DNA from: an uncultured Chloroflexia bacterium | GTDB lineage: Bacteria; Chloroflexota; Limnocylindria; Limnocylindrales; CSP1-4 | DNA: 64,000 nucleotides | Assembly: GCA_963749705.1 (NCBI GenBank) | Contig: CAVVNQ010000003.1 | Span: 320,001 to 384,000, forward strand | Direction of reading: 5' to 3' | Part shown: positions 29,572 through 38,919 of the stretch, piece after piece | Numbering within the stretch: position 1 is the first letter of the stretch | Layout of the letters: each line of letters opens with the position of its first letter | The notes under the pieces: generated by a model | What the model was told of the DNA's origin: nothing | Seen by the model: only the letters and a program-made list of their open reading frames with translations | Database searches by the model: none | Made by a program: the position numbers and the translations under genes

Positions 29572-30786
29572 TCATGAGGCGCCTCCGCCGGAATGCCGGA
29601 TCCAGACCGACGCTCCGCTCGGTCCCAGGGACCGGACGATGGCCGCGATGGCACCTTCGGTGACCTCGTTCAGGTCGGTGACGCCCTGGAGATGCGCTGC
29701 AAAGCCGCCGACCGTCTGCTCCGCGTCGTACCGACTGCGGTTGAAGCGACGGTCGACGGCGGCCTGGATCCGCCGGCGTGCCGGCTGGAACAGGGCGGCG
29801 GCCGCCAGCGTCGAGGCGGCGACCGCGAGGCTGCTCTCGCTGGTCACCGGGGCGAGCAACGCCTGGAGGGTAACGATCAGCCCGGCGAACAGCGCCCCGA
29901 TGAGGCCGGTCGTGAGCGCCCAGCCGACAGTTCGGCTGACGATCCGGTCGATGTCCCACAGGTGGTAGCGGAGGATCGCGATCCCGATCGCGATGGGCAG
30001 CAGCGGCAGCATCGCCAGTCCCAGAGCCCAGGCGGCGTCCGAGATCGGCCCGTTGTTCGGGAGCGAGATCACGAACGTCACCACGGCGACGCTCGCGACG
30101 AGGCCAAACCATTTGAGCTGCTGGCGCTCGACAGCCGCCGCCTGCCGGTAGCGCAGGAACACACTGATCACCGCGCCTCCGAAGAAGACCGGCGTGGCGA
30201 GGTTGGAGACCAGGGTGACGATCGCGAGCACGTCGGTCGCTCCCGCGATCCCGAGCGGGTTCCGGATCCAGGGTGTGCTCGACAGTGGTCCGGGCGTGAA
30301 CGCCACGGCCAAGGTCCCAAGGATGCCGACCAGGCCGATCCGGCCGAATGCGCGCCAGCGCGGCCCCAGGAAGCGACCGGTCGGAAACAGCAGCGGAAGG
30401 TAGACCAGGAGCATCCCGATCGCGGGCAGGAAGGTCCAGCTCGACAGCCAGGCGATCGGGACCACCAGCGGCAGCCCCGCCGCGAGGTCATGGTCGTAGT
30501 TCACGTACGTGCCGCCGAAGATCCCGATCGCTGCCGCCAGCCCGGACAGCTCGAGCAGCCAGCCAACCGGATTGCCGACCCGGTACGCCACGAAGCCGCC
30601 GACCAGCGTGAGCGAGAGCACGATCGCCGGGAAGATCACGATGAATACAGGCCCGGTCGGCCCGTATTGGTCGAGCGTCGCGATCCCCAGCGGGATCCCC
30701 ACGGCAGTGAACGCAACGGCCACCGCCGCGATCGCCGAGATGATCGCCAGCCGCACTCGCGAGCGGCGCCGACTCCGGATCATCAT
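29572..30786 (-). CDS. Membrane sensor paralog C
   Basis: GNPVGW, LFPTGRFLGPRWR, PWIRNPLGI, RQQLKWF, LRYHLWDIDRIVSRT; ends LGPSGASVWIRHSGGGAS. Confidence 0.85.
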   Translation of the reverse strand: MMIRSRRRSRVRLAIISAIAAVAVAFTAVGIPLGIATLDQYGPTGPVFIVIFPAIVLSLTLVGGFVAYRVGNPVGWLLELSGLAAAIGIFGGTYVNYDHDLAAGLPLVVPIAWLSSWTFLPAIGMLLVYLPLLFPTGRFLGPRWRAFGRIGLVGILGTLAVAFTPGPLSSTPWIRNPLGIAGATDVLAIVTLVSNLATPVFFGGAVISVFLRYRQAAAVERQQLKWFGLVASVAVVTFVISLPNNGPISDAAWALGLAMLPLLPIAIGIAILRYHLWDIDRIVSRTVGWALTTGLIGALFAGLIVTLQALLAPVTSESSLAVAASTLAAAALFQPARRRIQAAVDRRFNRSRYDAEQTVGGFAAHLQGVTDLNEVTEGAIAAIVRSLGPSGASVWIRHSGGGAS

Positions 30787-30878
30787 CGCGCGCGACCTCG
30801 GATCCAGACCGTGCTGAACGCGGGCTGCACGGCGGGGACCGCACACGTGCCGGTGGCGAGTGCCCGGGCCTGCGTCAT
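30783..30878 (-). CDS. 31-aa micro-ORF carrying the sensor C-terminal motif (MTQARALATGTCAVPAVQPAFSTVWIRGRAR)
   Basis: ATGA overlaps at both ends; VQPxxxxVWIR matches the sensor termini. Confidence 0.55.
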   Translation of the reverse strand: MTQARALATGTCAVPAVQPAFSTVWIRGRAR

Positions 30879-32101
30879 CGCGCGATCCCGCCATGACGCG
30901 TCCAGACGCCCACCGACCGGGGCTGCATCGAGCGCGCCACGACGGCCTCCAGGTGCTCGTTGAGGGCCTCGAGCGCCGCGTCGTCGCGCAGCCCGGCCGC
31001 AAAGCCGTCGAGGACACGCTGGGCATCGACATGCGCCCGATTGAACCGCCGGTCGACCGCCGTCTGTACGCCGCGCCGCAACGGTTGGAACACGGCGAAG
31101 GCGACGAGGGTCGCTGAGGCGACGGCGATCGTGCTCTGCCCCGTCAGCCGGCTCAGCAGCACCTGGATGCCAACGACCGTCACCGCGAACAGGACCGCGA
31201 GGACGGCGCTGATGATCAGGTAGCTGATCGTGCGGCTGACGATCCGGTCGATGTCCCAAAGCCGGTAGCGGAGCACCGCGACGCCGGCCGAGATCGGGAT
31301 CCCCAGGATGCCAGCCGTGACCACGTCCTGGGTGAGCTTGTCACCGCCCGGTGGGAGGACGCCGAGCTTGCCCAGCGGGATGACCCAGAACACCAGACCG
31401 CAGACGGCGACGCTGAAGGCAAGCCACTTGAGCTGCTGACGGCTCTCCCCCGTCGCCCGGCGGAATCGAAGCACGAGGGCGCTGGCGCCGATGAAGATGG
31501 CGACGATGAGCGGCATGTAGGCAATCCAGCGCAGCTCGGGTCGGATGCCGATGTCGATGGCGAAGGGGTTGGACAGATAGGCGGCGTTGTCGAGTGGTCC
31601 CGGCAGCAAGGCGGCACCCAGTGTCGCGAGAGCCACGATCGCGACGTCGAGCCCCATGACCAGCCGCCAACGCGAGCTCAGCAGGCGGCCGTCCGGGAAC
31701 ACCAGCGGCAGGAACACGGTCACCAGCGCGATGGCTGGGATCCAGATCCAGCCGGAGACCCAGGCTGCGACCTCCCCTCCCGCATGGGCGCCCGGCTCGG
31801 CGATGAGGGCCAGCGTCGCGTACTGATCGCAGGCGCCCTCCACGGCCGACAGGATGCCGGCGGCCAGGAACAGCCACCCGATCGGGTTTCCCCGTACGCG
31901 GATCACGACGATGGCCCCAATCGCAACGCAGGTGACCGCGATCGCGATCGGAAATCCGCGGACCGACCACGTGCCTGGGACCTCCACCGACCACGTGTTG
32001 GCGAGCAGGCCGATGGCGATCGCGGACAGCGCGCCCGTGAATACGACGCTGGCCGCAGCGAGCAACCGGGACGGGGCGACGCTCGCCGCCGTGACGGTCA
32101 C
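30875..32101 (-). CDS. Membrane sensor paralog D
   Basis: GNPIGW, VFPDGRLLSSRWR, RQQLKWL, LRYRLWDIDRIVSRT; ends MQPRSVGVWTRHGGIAR. Confidence 0.85.
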   Translation of the reverse strand: MTVTAASVAPSRLLAAASVVFTGALSAIAIGLLANTWSVEVPGTWSVRGFPIAIAVTCVAIGAIVVIRVRGNPIGWLFLAAGILSAVEGACDQYATLALIAEPGAHAGGEVAAWVSGWIWIPAIALVTVFLPLVFPDGRLLSSRWRLVMGLDVAIVALATLGAALLPGPLDNAAYLSNPFAIDIGIRPELRWIAYMPLIVAIFIGASALVLRFRRATGESRQQLKWLAFSVAVCGLVFWVIPLGKLGVLPPGGDKLTQDVVTAGILGIPISAGVAVLRYRLWDIDRIVSRTISYLIISAVLAVLFAVTVVGIQVLLSRLTGQSTIAVASATLVAFAVFQPLRRGVQTAVDRRFNRAHVDAQRVLDGFAAGLRDDAALEALNEHLEAVVARSMQPRSVGVWTRHGGIAR

Positions 32102-32238
32102 GGAGTGCCCTGGCCGGGTCGAAGCCAGAGCGCCACGCCCGGACCTTCAGCCGGCCGGCGCAGCATCTGTGCAGCATCGTCGACCAGCCACGGGACCACG
32201 TGGCGACGGCCGGGCACTTGTTGCGGGGACGCGGTCAT
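32098..32238 (-). CDS. 46-aa micro-ORF with the sensor C-terminal motif (MTASPQQVPGRRHVVPWLVDDAAQMLRRPAEGPGVALWLRPGQGTP)
   Basis: ATG 8 nt after the GAGCAT -10 (leaderless geometry); TGA overlaps the GTG of paralog D; ends VALWLR. Confidence 0.55.
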   Translation of the reverse strand: MTASPQQVPGRRHVVPWLVDDAAQMLRRPAEGPGVALWLRPGQGTP

Positions 32239-32261
32239 GGCACCGGATGCTCGGATGACAC

Positions 32262-32279
32262 CGTTCCCGAAACGTTACG
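32262..32279 (-). promoter_or_regulatory. Heptamer direct-repeat operator, copy 3 (CGTAACG-tttc-GGGAACG)
   Basis: In the divergent promoter region between the sensor array and the SARP regulator; GAGCAT 9 nt downstream. Confidence 0.65.
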
Positions 32280-32310
32280 AGATTCCTCGAAAACAAGCTA
32301 CCGTGACGCG

Positions 32311-35218
32311 ATGTCCAGAGAGGTGACTGTGCCACCCGCCCCTCCCGCCCCGGACACCGGGCTCGAGATCCGCGTGCTCGGGCCGCTCGAGGTCCGGGTG
32401 GCCGGCGCGCCGCTCGTCGTGGATACGCGCAAGGCGCTCGCGATCCTCACCCTGCTCGCCGCCGAAGGTCGGCCATTCGCGCGCGAGGAGCTGGCGGCGA
32501 TGCTGTGGCCCGAGTCGGACGACGAATCGGCGCGCGGCGCGCTGCGACGGACGCTGTCCGTGCTCCGCGGGGCCCTCGGAGACCGCTGGATCCGGGTTGA
32601 TCGGTCCACGGTCGCCCTCGACCCGTCGGGAACCTGGGTCGACCTGTCGGCCGTGGAGGCCGCGGGCCCCGAAGCGTCAGGGCCCGCGCTGCGGGAGGCG
32701 GCCGCCGCCGCCAGGGGTCCCTTCCTCGCGGGGTTCGCACTGCGCGACAGCGCTGCGTTCGACGACTGGCGGGCAACGCGGGCGGTCGCGGCGGAGCGAG
32801 CCGTTGCCGGCGTGCTCGATCGGCTCGCGGCGACCGCGGAGGCGGAGGGGGACATCCCGGCCGCCGTCGCCGCCGCAGCACGCCGTGTAGATCTCGATCC
32901 GCTCGACGAGCCTGCGCAGCAACGCCTGATGCGGCTCCTTGCCCGCTCGGGTGACCGGGCGGGCGCAATCCGTCAGTACCGCTCGTGCGTCGCCGTGCTG
33001 GAGCGGGAGCTCGGCGTCTCCCCGCTGGCGGAGACCACGGAGCTGTACGAGGCGATCCGTGACGATCGACCCTCGGCCGCGACCTCGCCGGACGCGCCTG
33101 ACGCACCGACGGCGGCATCGGCTCGACACGGAGATCGCACCCCACCCGTCCCCATCCGGTTGCCACTGGTCGGGCGCGATCGCGATCTGCGTGCCCTCGC
33201 GGATGCCCACCGCGCAGCGGGCATCGACGGGCGCGTCGCCTACGTCACCGGCGAGGCGGGGATCGGGAAGTCGCGCCTCGCCGAGAGCGTTCGCGCCAGC
33301 GTGAACGCGGCTGGCGGCACGGCGCTCATGGCGCGCTCGTTCGCGTCGGAGGCCGGCATCGCCTACGGGCTCATCGTGGAGCTGCTGCGCGTCGGGCTCG
33401 CACGTCCGGACGCCGTCGACCGGCTGCGGGACCTGCCGGACGCCACCGTCGTGGAGCTCGAGCGCCTCGTGCCCATGCCCGCCGATCTGTCGCGCCGCCG
33501 GCCGGTCCGGGAGGTCCGCGCCGGGACCGATGACGGACCGGCAGCGCGGGTCCGCCTGCTGGAAGCCGTCGCAAGCGCCCTCGTTGCGCTCGTGGCCGGA
33601 CCGGTGCCGGGGCTGATCACGGCGGAGGACCTCCAGTGGGCGGACGATGCGTCGCGCGAGTCGCTCACGTGGCTGGGTCGCCGGCTGGCGGGTCGCCCGC
33701 TCCTGCTCGTCCTCACCTGGCGCCCGGAGGATCTCGATGAGCTTGGCAGCGCCTTCGTGGCCACGATCGAGACCCTCCCGGAGGCCGCGCCGATCGCCCT
33801 TCGCCGACTCGAACGCGAGGACGTCGAGCAGCTCGTGGCGGCGGCATCCGTCGCGGGCCAGTCGCCAATGGCCGTCGACGCCCTGCTCCAGGAGAGCGAG
33901 GGCCTGCCCCTGTACGTGGTCGAGGCGCTTGCGACGGGGACCGGCCTCATCGAGGGACCGGCGCGGAGCGTCCGCACGCTGCTCCGGGAACGGCTCGCCT
34001 CGGTCAGCGAGACGGCCGGGCAGGTGCTGTCTGCGGCCGCGGTCATCGGCCGCTCGTTCGACCTGCCCCTCGTGCGGGGAACGAGCGGTCGCTCCGATGA
34101 CGAGACCGTGACGGCGCTCGAGGAGCTGGTGCGGCGCGGCATTGTCCGCGACGTTCCGGCGGCGCCGGAGGTTGCCTTCGACTTCGTCCACGCCAAGCTT
34201 CGCGACGCCGCCTACGAGGCGACCAGCCTCGCCCGCCGCCGGCTGCTCCATCGCCGGACGGCTGAGCTCCTCAGGCTCGATGTCGCGGGCCGTGACGACC
34301 CCGCCCGAATGGTCCAGGTGGCGACCCACGAGCGTGCGGCGGGCCGCGAGGCGGAGGCTGCGGAGGCGTTCCGCCAGGCCGGGGTGCGCGCCCGGGCGCT
34401 GTTCGCGAATCGCGAGGCAGCCTCGCATCTCGAGACGGCGATCGCGCTGGGACATCCGGACGGAGCCGCGATCCAGATCCTGCTGGGCGAGGTCCGGACC
34501 GCCCTGGGCGACTACACCGGGGCCATCGCCGCGCTCGAGGCCGCTGCCGCGGCGGCCTCGGACGACGACCTTCCGGGGGTCGAGCTTCGGCTCGGGAGGG
34601 TGCACGCGCGCCGGGGCGACCTCGCGACCGCGGCCAGCCACCTTGACGCGGCGGTCGCGACGCTCGAGCTCGGGGAGACGGCTGCCGGCTCCCGGGTCCT
34701 CGTGCGGGCGCTGGTCGAGCGGGCGGTGGTGGCGCATCGTGCGGGTGAGCTCGACCTCGCCCAGCTGGCGGCCGCTCGCGCGCTCGGCATCGCGCAGGCC
34801 GCCAACGACGATCCGGGCGCCGGTGCGGCCCATCGGCTCCTGGGGCTCATCGCCCGCGAGACGGGTGACCTGGACGCCGCCCGCGCGTCCCTCGAGCAGA
34901 GTCTCGACGCTGGCAGCCACCGATCCGGACGCCGGGGCGGCGATCGCGGCCCGCAACGCACTGGCCCTCGTGGAGGCAGCCGCCGGCGACAGGGCGGCCG
35001 CGATGGCGCTTCTCGAGGAAGCCCTCGTCGAATGCCGGCGGACCGGCGAGCGCCACCTTGAAGCCGCGGTTGAGAACAGCCTCGCGGACCAGCTGCACGC
35101 GTTGGGCCGGATCGACGAATCGATGGCCCACCTCAAGCAGGCGGTGGCGATCTTCGCCGAGGTCGGAGGGAATCCCGGTGAGCTTGAGCCGGAGATCTGG
35201 AAGCTCGTCGCCTGGTAG
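32311..35218 (+). pseudogene. SARP/BTAD + STAND AAA ATPase + TPR transcriptional activator, interrupted by a +1 frameshift near 34906
   Basis: IRVLGPLEV, REELAAMLWP, GPFLAG, DPLDEPA, GEAGIGKSRL, EDLQWAD and TPRs. The C-terminus (…EPEIWKLVAW) continues in the +1 frame after AGT CTC G ACG CTG. This could be an assembly error. Confidence 0.8.
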
Positions 35219-35243
35219 GCGCGATCGACGTCGCCGTTGGCGG

Positions 35244-35696
35244 TTACGAGCCCAGGGACCCCCGATCGAACCAGATCCGCTCGCCGCGGAACAGCCGAGT
35301 GGCCGGATCCCATGGGAACAGGATCAGCACACCCAGGCTGACCGGCAGCCCTGAGGCGGGAACCCCGGCCCACGGTCCGAGGTTCGTACCCGTGAGCTCG
35401 GCCGCTTCGAACACGCCCTGCGGCCCGACCACGATGTCGGTCAACCCGAACCGGTTGTCCGGGAACGCGGCGAACAGCTCGGTGTAGAACGCCCGCGCCC
35501 CCTCGTGGCCCTCCCAGCGCTGGCCGGTCGGCACGATCTCGTACACGCAGTTCGGCGCGAGCGTTGCGATCAGCCCGTCGATGTCCCGTCCGTCCTCGGC
35601 GATCGAGTGCCGGATCCACAGGCGCTTGATGGCGCGCAGCTCCAGCGGGTCGAACCGCCGGGCGAGGCGGGACCGGACGCTCCCCTCGGCAGTCAC
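35244..35696 (-). CDS. SnoaL-like ester cyclase / NTF2-fold protein
   Basis: HSIAED, FYTELFAAFPD, LTGTNLGPWAGVPASG and GERIWFD motifs. Confidence 0.8.
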   Translation of the reverse strand: MTAEGSVRSRLARRFDPLELRAIKRLWIRHSIAEDGRDIDGLIATLAPNCVYEIVPTGQRWEGHEGARAFYTELFAAFPDNRFGLTDIVVGPQGVFEAAELTGTNLGPWAGVPASGLPVSLGVLILFPWDPATRLFRGERIWFDRGSLGS

Positions 35697-35990
35697 TCAG
35701 CGATCCTCGCGGACCACGCTCAGCCCGCGCGCGTGGGCAAGCGCGAGCACGTACGACGCCGCGCCGACCGCGGGGTCGCTCTCGCGATCCGGCGGCTCGT
35801 CGCCGTCGTCCGCGCGGTCCGGCGCACCCAGCAGCCGGAGTGTTCCGCCGTCGGCGGCCAGCCGGTCAAGGATCCGCTCCAGGTCCTCATTGCCGACCGC
35901 CACGAACCGCGAGCCGACGTCGACGGTGATCGAGGCGTCGGCGTCAACGAAGATCGTGAGATCAGCGGCGCGGGCGTCTCCGATCCCCAT
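35697..35990 (-). CDS. Hypothetical protein (97 aa)
   Basis: Fills the gap between tldE and the SnoaL gene in the same orientation. Confidence 0.45.
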   Translation of the reverse strand: MGIGDARAADLTIFVDADASITVDVGSRFVAVGNEDLERILDRLAADGGTLRLLGAPDRADDGDEPPDRESDPAVGAASYVLALAHARGLSVVREDR

Positions 35991-35998
35991 CCGGCGAT

Positions 35999-37369
35999 CT
36001 AGCCCTCGGCCGTCGCGCCGGTGAACGAGAACGACGACAGCCGGAGCGAGGGCACGACGCTCCCGCCCAGGAAGCCACGCAGGCACCGGCGCTCGCGTCC
36101 CACGGCCTCCACGTTGGCCAGGGCGTCGAGGTACGACATCGTGTAGCGCAGGTTGCGGACGGCGCCGACGACCTTGCCGTCCTCGACCAGGAACGTCCCG
36201 TCGCGCGTCATCCCGGTGATCACGACGCGCTTGGGGTGGACCGGGTTGGTGTAGTGGAACCGGGTCACCAGCAGGCCCCGCTCGAGCCCGCCCACGAGGT
36301 CGTCGTAGGTGGTGTCCCCCGCGGCCATCACCATGTTGGTGGGGAACGGGCCGTACGGGTTCGGCGCGGGCAGCCCATGACCCGTCGACGCCCGCCCGGC
36401 GCGCGCGGCGGTCTGCTGGTCGAACGCCAGGTCGCGGCAGGCGCCCGCATCGAGCAGCGCGAGCCGCTGCTTGGGCACGCCCTCGGCATCGAACCCGGCC
36501 GGCAGGCCGGCCGGGTCGCGACCGTCGTCGACGATCGTCACCAGCGTCGATGCGACCTGCTTGCCCGCCTCGAAGAACGACCGGTCCTCCTGGACGGCGA
36601 GGGCGGAGAGCCCCAGGTACCCGACCATGTCCAGCAGGTCGACGACGGCGTAGTGGTGCAGCACGACCGGATAGTCGCCGGGTGCGAGCGCCACTGGATT
36701 GGCGCTGGCCGTCGCGCGCTCGGCGGCCTCGCGCCCGATCGCGGCGGCATCGATGACCGTCGCGTCGACCGAGCACTGCTCCGCGTATCCGGTGCCGTTG
36801 TCGGGGCCCATGGTCACCGTGAGCAGCTGCGAGCTGGTCCGACGCTCCGCGGCCCGGATCCCGTGCGAGTTGGCGACCGCGATCGCCTCCACGTCGGTCG
36901 AGAACGAGCCGTACGCCGTGACGCCGGCCGCGTCCGCGGCCGCGATGACCGCCCGGGCTCCATCAGCGCGGAGCTCGGGCGTGGCGCCTGCCGTGCCGTC
37001 GGACCAGGCGATCTCGACCGGTGCCACGGTTCCGCCGTCGGGCAGCCCGGCCCAGTCCTCGAGCTCTTCAACATTGGCCGCGATCGCCGTGGCCCGCTCG
37101 ACCAGGGCGCGCAGCCCCTCGGCGTCCGTTCGACCCGTCGAGGCCACCCCCACCCGACGGCCGCTCACGAAGCGCAGGTTGACCAGGACCTCGTCGCTGG
37201 CGACGTTCTGGTGGATCTCCGAGTTGGCAAACCGGGTGAGTGCGGATTCGCCGGACACGACGAGCGCCTCGGCCTCGGTCGCGCCGGCCTTCGAGGCCAG
37301 GTCGACCACGAGCTCCGCGAGCCGCAGTGCCTCGGTCGGATCGCCGCCGATGCCGTGCCTGTCGCTCAT
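35999..37369 (-). CDS. pmbA: TldE/PmbA family protein
   Basis: TRFANSEIHQN, FDAEGVP, STGHG and TGMTRDGTF motifs; ATGA-coupled to tldD. Confidence 0.88.
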   Translation of the reverse strand: MSDRHGIGGDPTEALRLAELVVDLASKAGATEAEALVVSGESALTRFANSEIHQNVASDEVLVNLRFVSGRRVGVASTGRTDAEGLRALVERATAIAANVEELEDWAGLPDGGTVAPVEIAWSDGTAGATPELRADGARAVIAAADAAGVTAYGSFSTDVEAIAVANSHGIRAAERRTSSQLLTVTMGPDNGTGYAEQCSVDATVIDAAAIGREAAERATASANPVALAPGDYPVVLHHYAVVDLLDMVGYLGLSALAVQEDRSFFEAGKQVASTLVTIVDDGRDPAGLPAGFDAEGVPKQRLALLDAGACRDLAFDQQTAARAGRASTGHGLPAPNPYGPFPTNMVMAAGDTTYDDLVGGLERGLLVTRFHYTNPVHPKRVVITGMTRDGTFLVEDGKVVGAVRNLRYTMSYLDALANVEAVGRERRCLRGFLGGSVVPSLRLSSFSFTGATAEG

Positions 37370-38808
37370 CCCATGACCCCGACGCGCACGTTGCGGAACC
37401 GCGCGCCGGAGACGCCGTGGCCGACGTGTCCGGTCTGCGGCGGCTCGCCCTTGCCGCAGTTCGGGGTGGCCCACATTCGCCACGAGCTTGCGTCGCCGAC
37501 CGCGTCCATCGAGCGCCACAGCTCGTAGGTGATCCCGGTATAGGTGCCGTTGCGGTACAGCCGGCCCGGCTTGCCGCCCTTGATCTCGCGGCAGATCTCG
37601 GTCCCGAACTGGAAGTTGAGCCGGCGGTCGTCGATCGACCAGCTGCGGTTGGTCTCGAACATGATCCCGTCGTCGGTGTCCGCGACGATGTCCTCGAAGC
37701 TCATCCCGGGCCTGGGCAACAGGTTGACGTTGGTCATCCGGATCAACGGGATCCGGTTCCAGCCGTCGGCGCGCATCGCGCCACCGGACTGGCGTCCGAT
37801 CCGCGGGGCGGTCTCGCGGGAGCTGAGATAGCCGACGAACATCCCCTCCCTGATCAGGGGCACCTGCTGGGCGACCACACCCTCGTCGTCCCATCCGAAG
37901 CTGCCCAGGCCACCGGGAACGGTGGCGTCGGCGACGATGTCGCACAGCTCGGAGCCGTATCGGAAGCCGTCCAGGAGGTCGGGCGTCAGGAAGCTCGTTC
38001 CGGCGTAGCTCGCCTCGGTGCCGAAGGCTCGATCGAGCTCGGTCGGGTGGCCGCAGCTCTCGTGGACCTGCATGTACAGCTGGCTGGGATGGAGCAGGAT
38101 CGTGCGGGTTCCGGCCGGCAGGGGCGGGGCGCTCAGGAGCTCGACCGCCTCGGCGGCGATGCGCTCGGCGTTCGCCTCCAGGTCCATCGCCCGGACGAAC
38201 TCGTAGCCGGCCGACGCCCACAGGCCGCCATTGTCCGGGTAGCTGCGGCGCTGGTGCTCATCGTCCGCGATGGCGTCGGCCTCGAGGCCGCTGCCGATGT
38301 GGGTGATCACCTGCTCCGTGTAGCTGCCGTCGGAGGCGGCGAACGTCTTCGACTCGCGCTGGGCCGCGTACATGGACTCGGTGAAGGTGATGCCCTTGAC
38401 GCCGTTCATGGCCCGGTCCGCGGCGAGCAGGAGCTCGACCTTCTGATCGAGCGGGACGGCGAACGGATCCTCGACCACCGGCGACTCGAACCTGCCGTTC
38501 GCGGGCGGGCGGTCGTCGAGGCGGACCGGGTTCCGGATGGCAGTCGCGCTGGCCCTGGCGATCCGGACGGCGTCCGCCGCGACCCGGTCGGCTTCGCCGG
38601 TGCTCAGGTGATGGCTTGCGGCGAAGCCCCACGCGCCGTTCACGAGGACCCGGATGCCGAAGCCCTCGGTCTCGCCCGACGACACGCCTTCGACCCGAGC
38701 CGACTTGATGTTGATCGACTCCTCGATCCGTCGCACGACGCGCACATCGGCGTACGTCGCGCCCAGGGCAGTCGCCGTGTCGAGGGCACGGCCGGTGAGA
38801 TCACGCAT
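37366..38808 (-). CDS. tldD: TldD metalloprotease
   Basis: HESCGHPTE (HExxxH), RMTN and CGKGEP motifs. Confidence 0.92.
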   Translation of the reverse strand: MRDLTGRALDTATALGATYADVRVVRRIEESINIKSARVEGVSSGETEGFGIRVLVNGAWGFAASHHLSTGEADRVAADAVRIARASATAIRNPVRLDDRPPANGRFESPVVEDPFAVPLDQKVELLLAADRAMNGVKGITFTESMYAAQRESKTFAASDGSYTEQVITHIGSGLEADAIADDEHQRRSYPDNGGLWASAGYEFVRAMDLEANAERIAAEAVELLSAPPLPAGTRTILLHPSQLYMQVHESCGHPTELDRAFGTEASYAGTSFLTPDLLDGFRYGSELCDIVADATVPGGLGSFGWDDEGVVAQQVPLIREGMFVGYLSSRETAPRIGRQSGGAMRADGWNRIPLIRMTNVNLLPRPGMSFEDIVADTDDGIMFETNRSWSIDDRRLNFQFGTEICREIKGGKPGRLYRNGTYTGITYELWRSMDAVGDASSWRMWATPNCGKGEPPQTGHVGHGVSGARFRNVRVGVMG

Positions 38809-38919
38809 CAGGCGGAGGGTACCGCGTGCATTGGCCACGCGCCGCTAGGGCGTTCGGCGTAGCGGGCGCTCGGTGCCAGGGTCGGTGCCGGCCGGCCGAT
38901 CCCCCGTACACTCGTGCTC

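Noticed and set aside
29558-29575. Five-codon ORF MIRRV overlapping the sensor C stop
   Set aside because: Too short, not coupled to a downstream gene and lacks the W-x-R motif.
35244-38808. TldD/E plus SnoaL as a RiPP cluster
   Set aside because: No precursor peptide, YcaO or other maturase, or dedicated transporter nearby.
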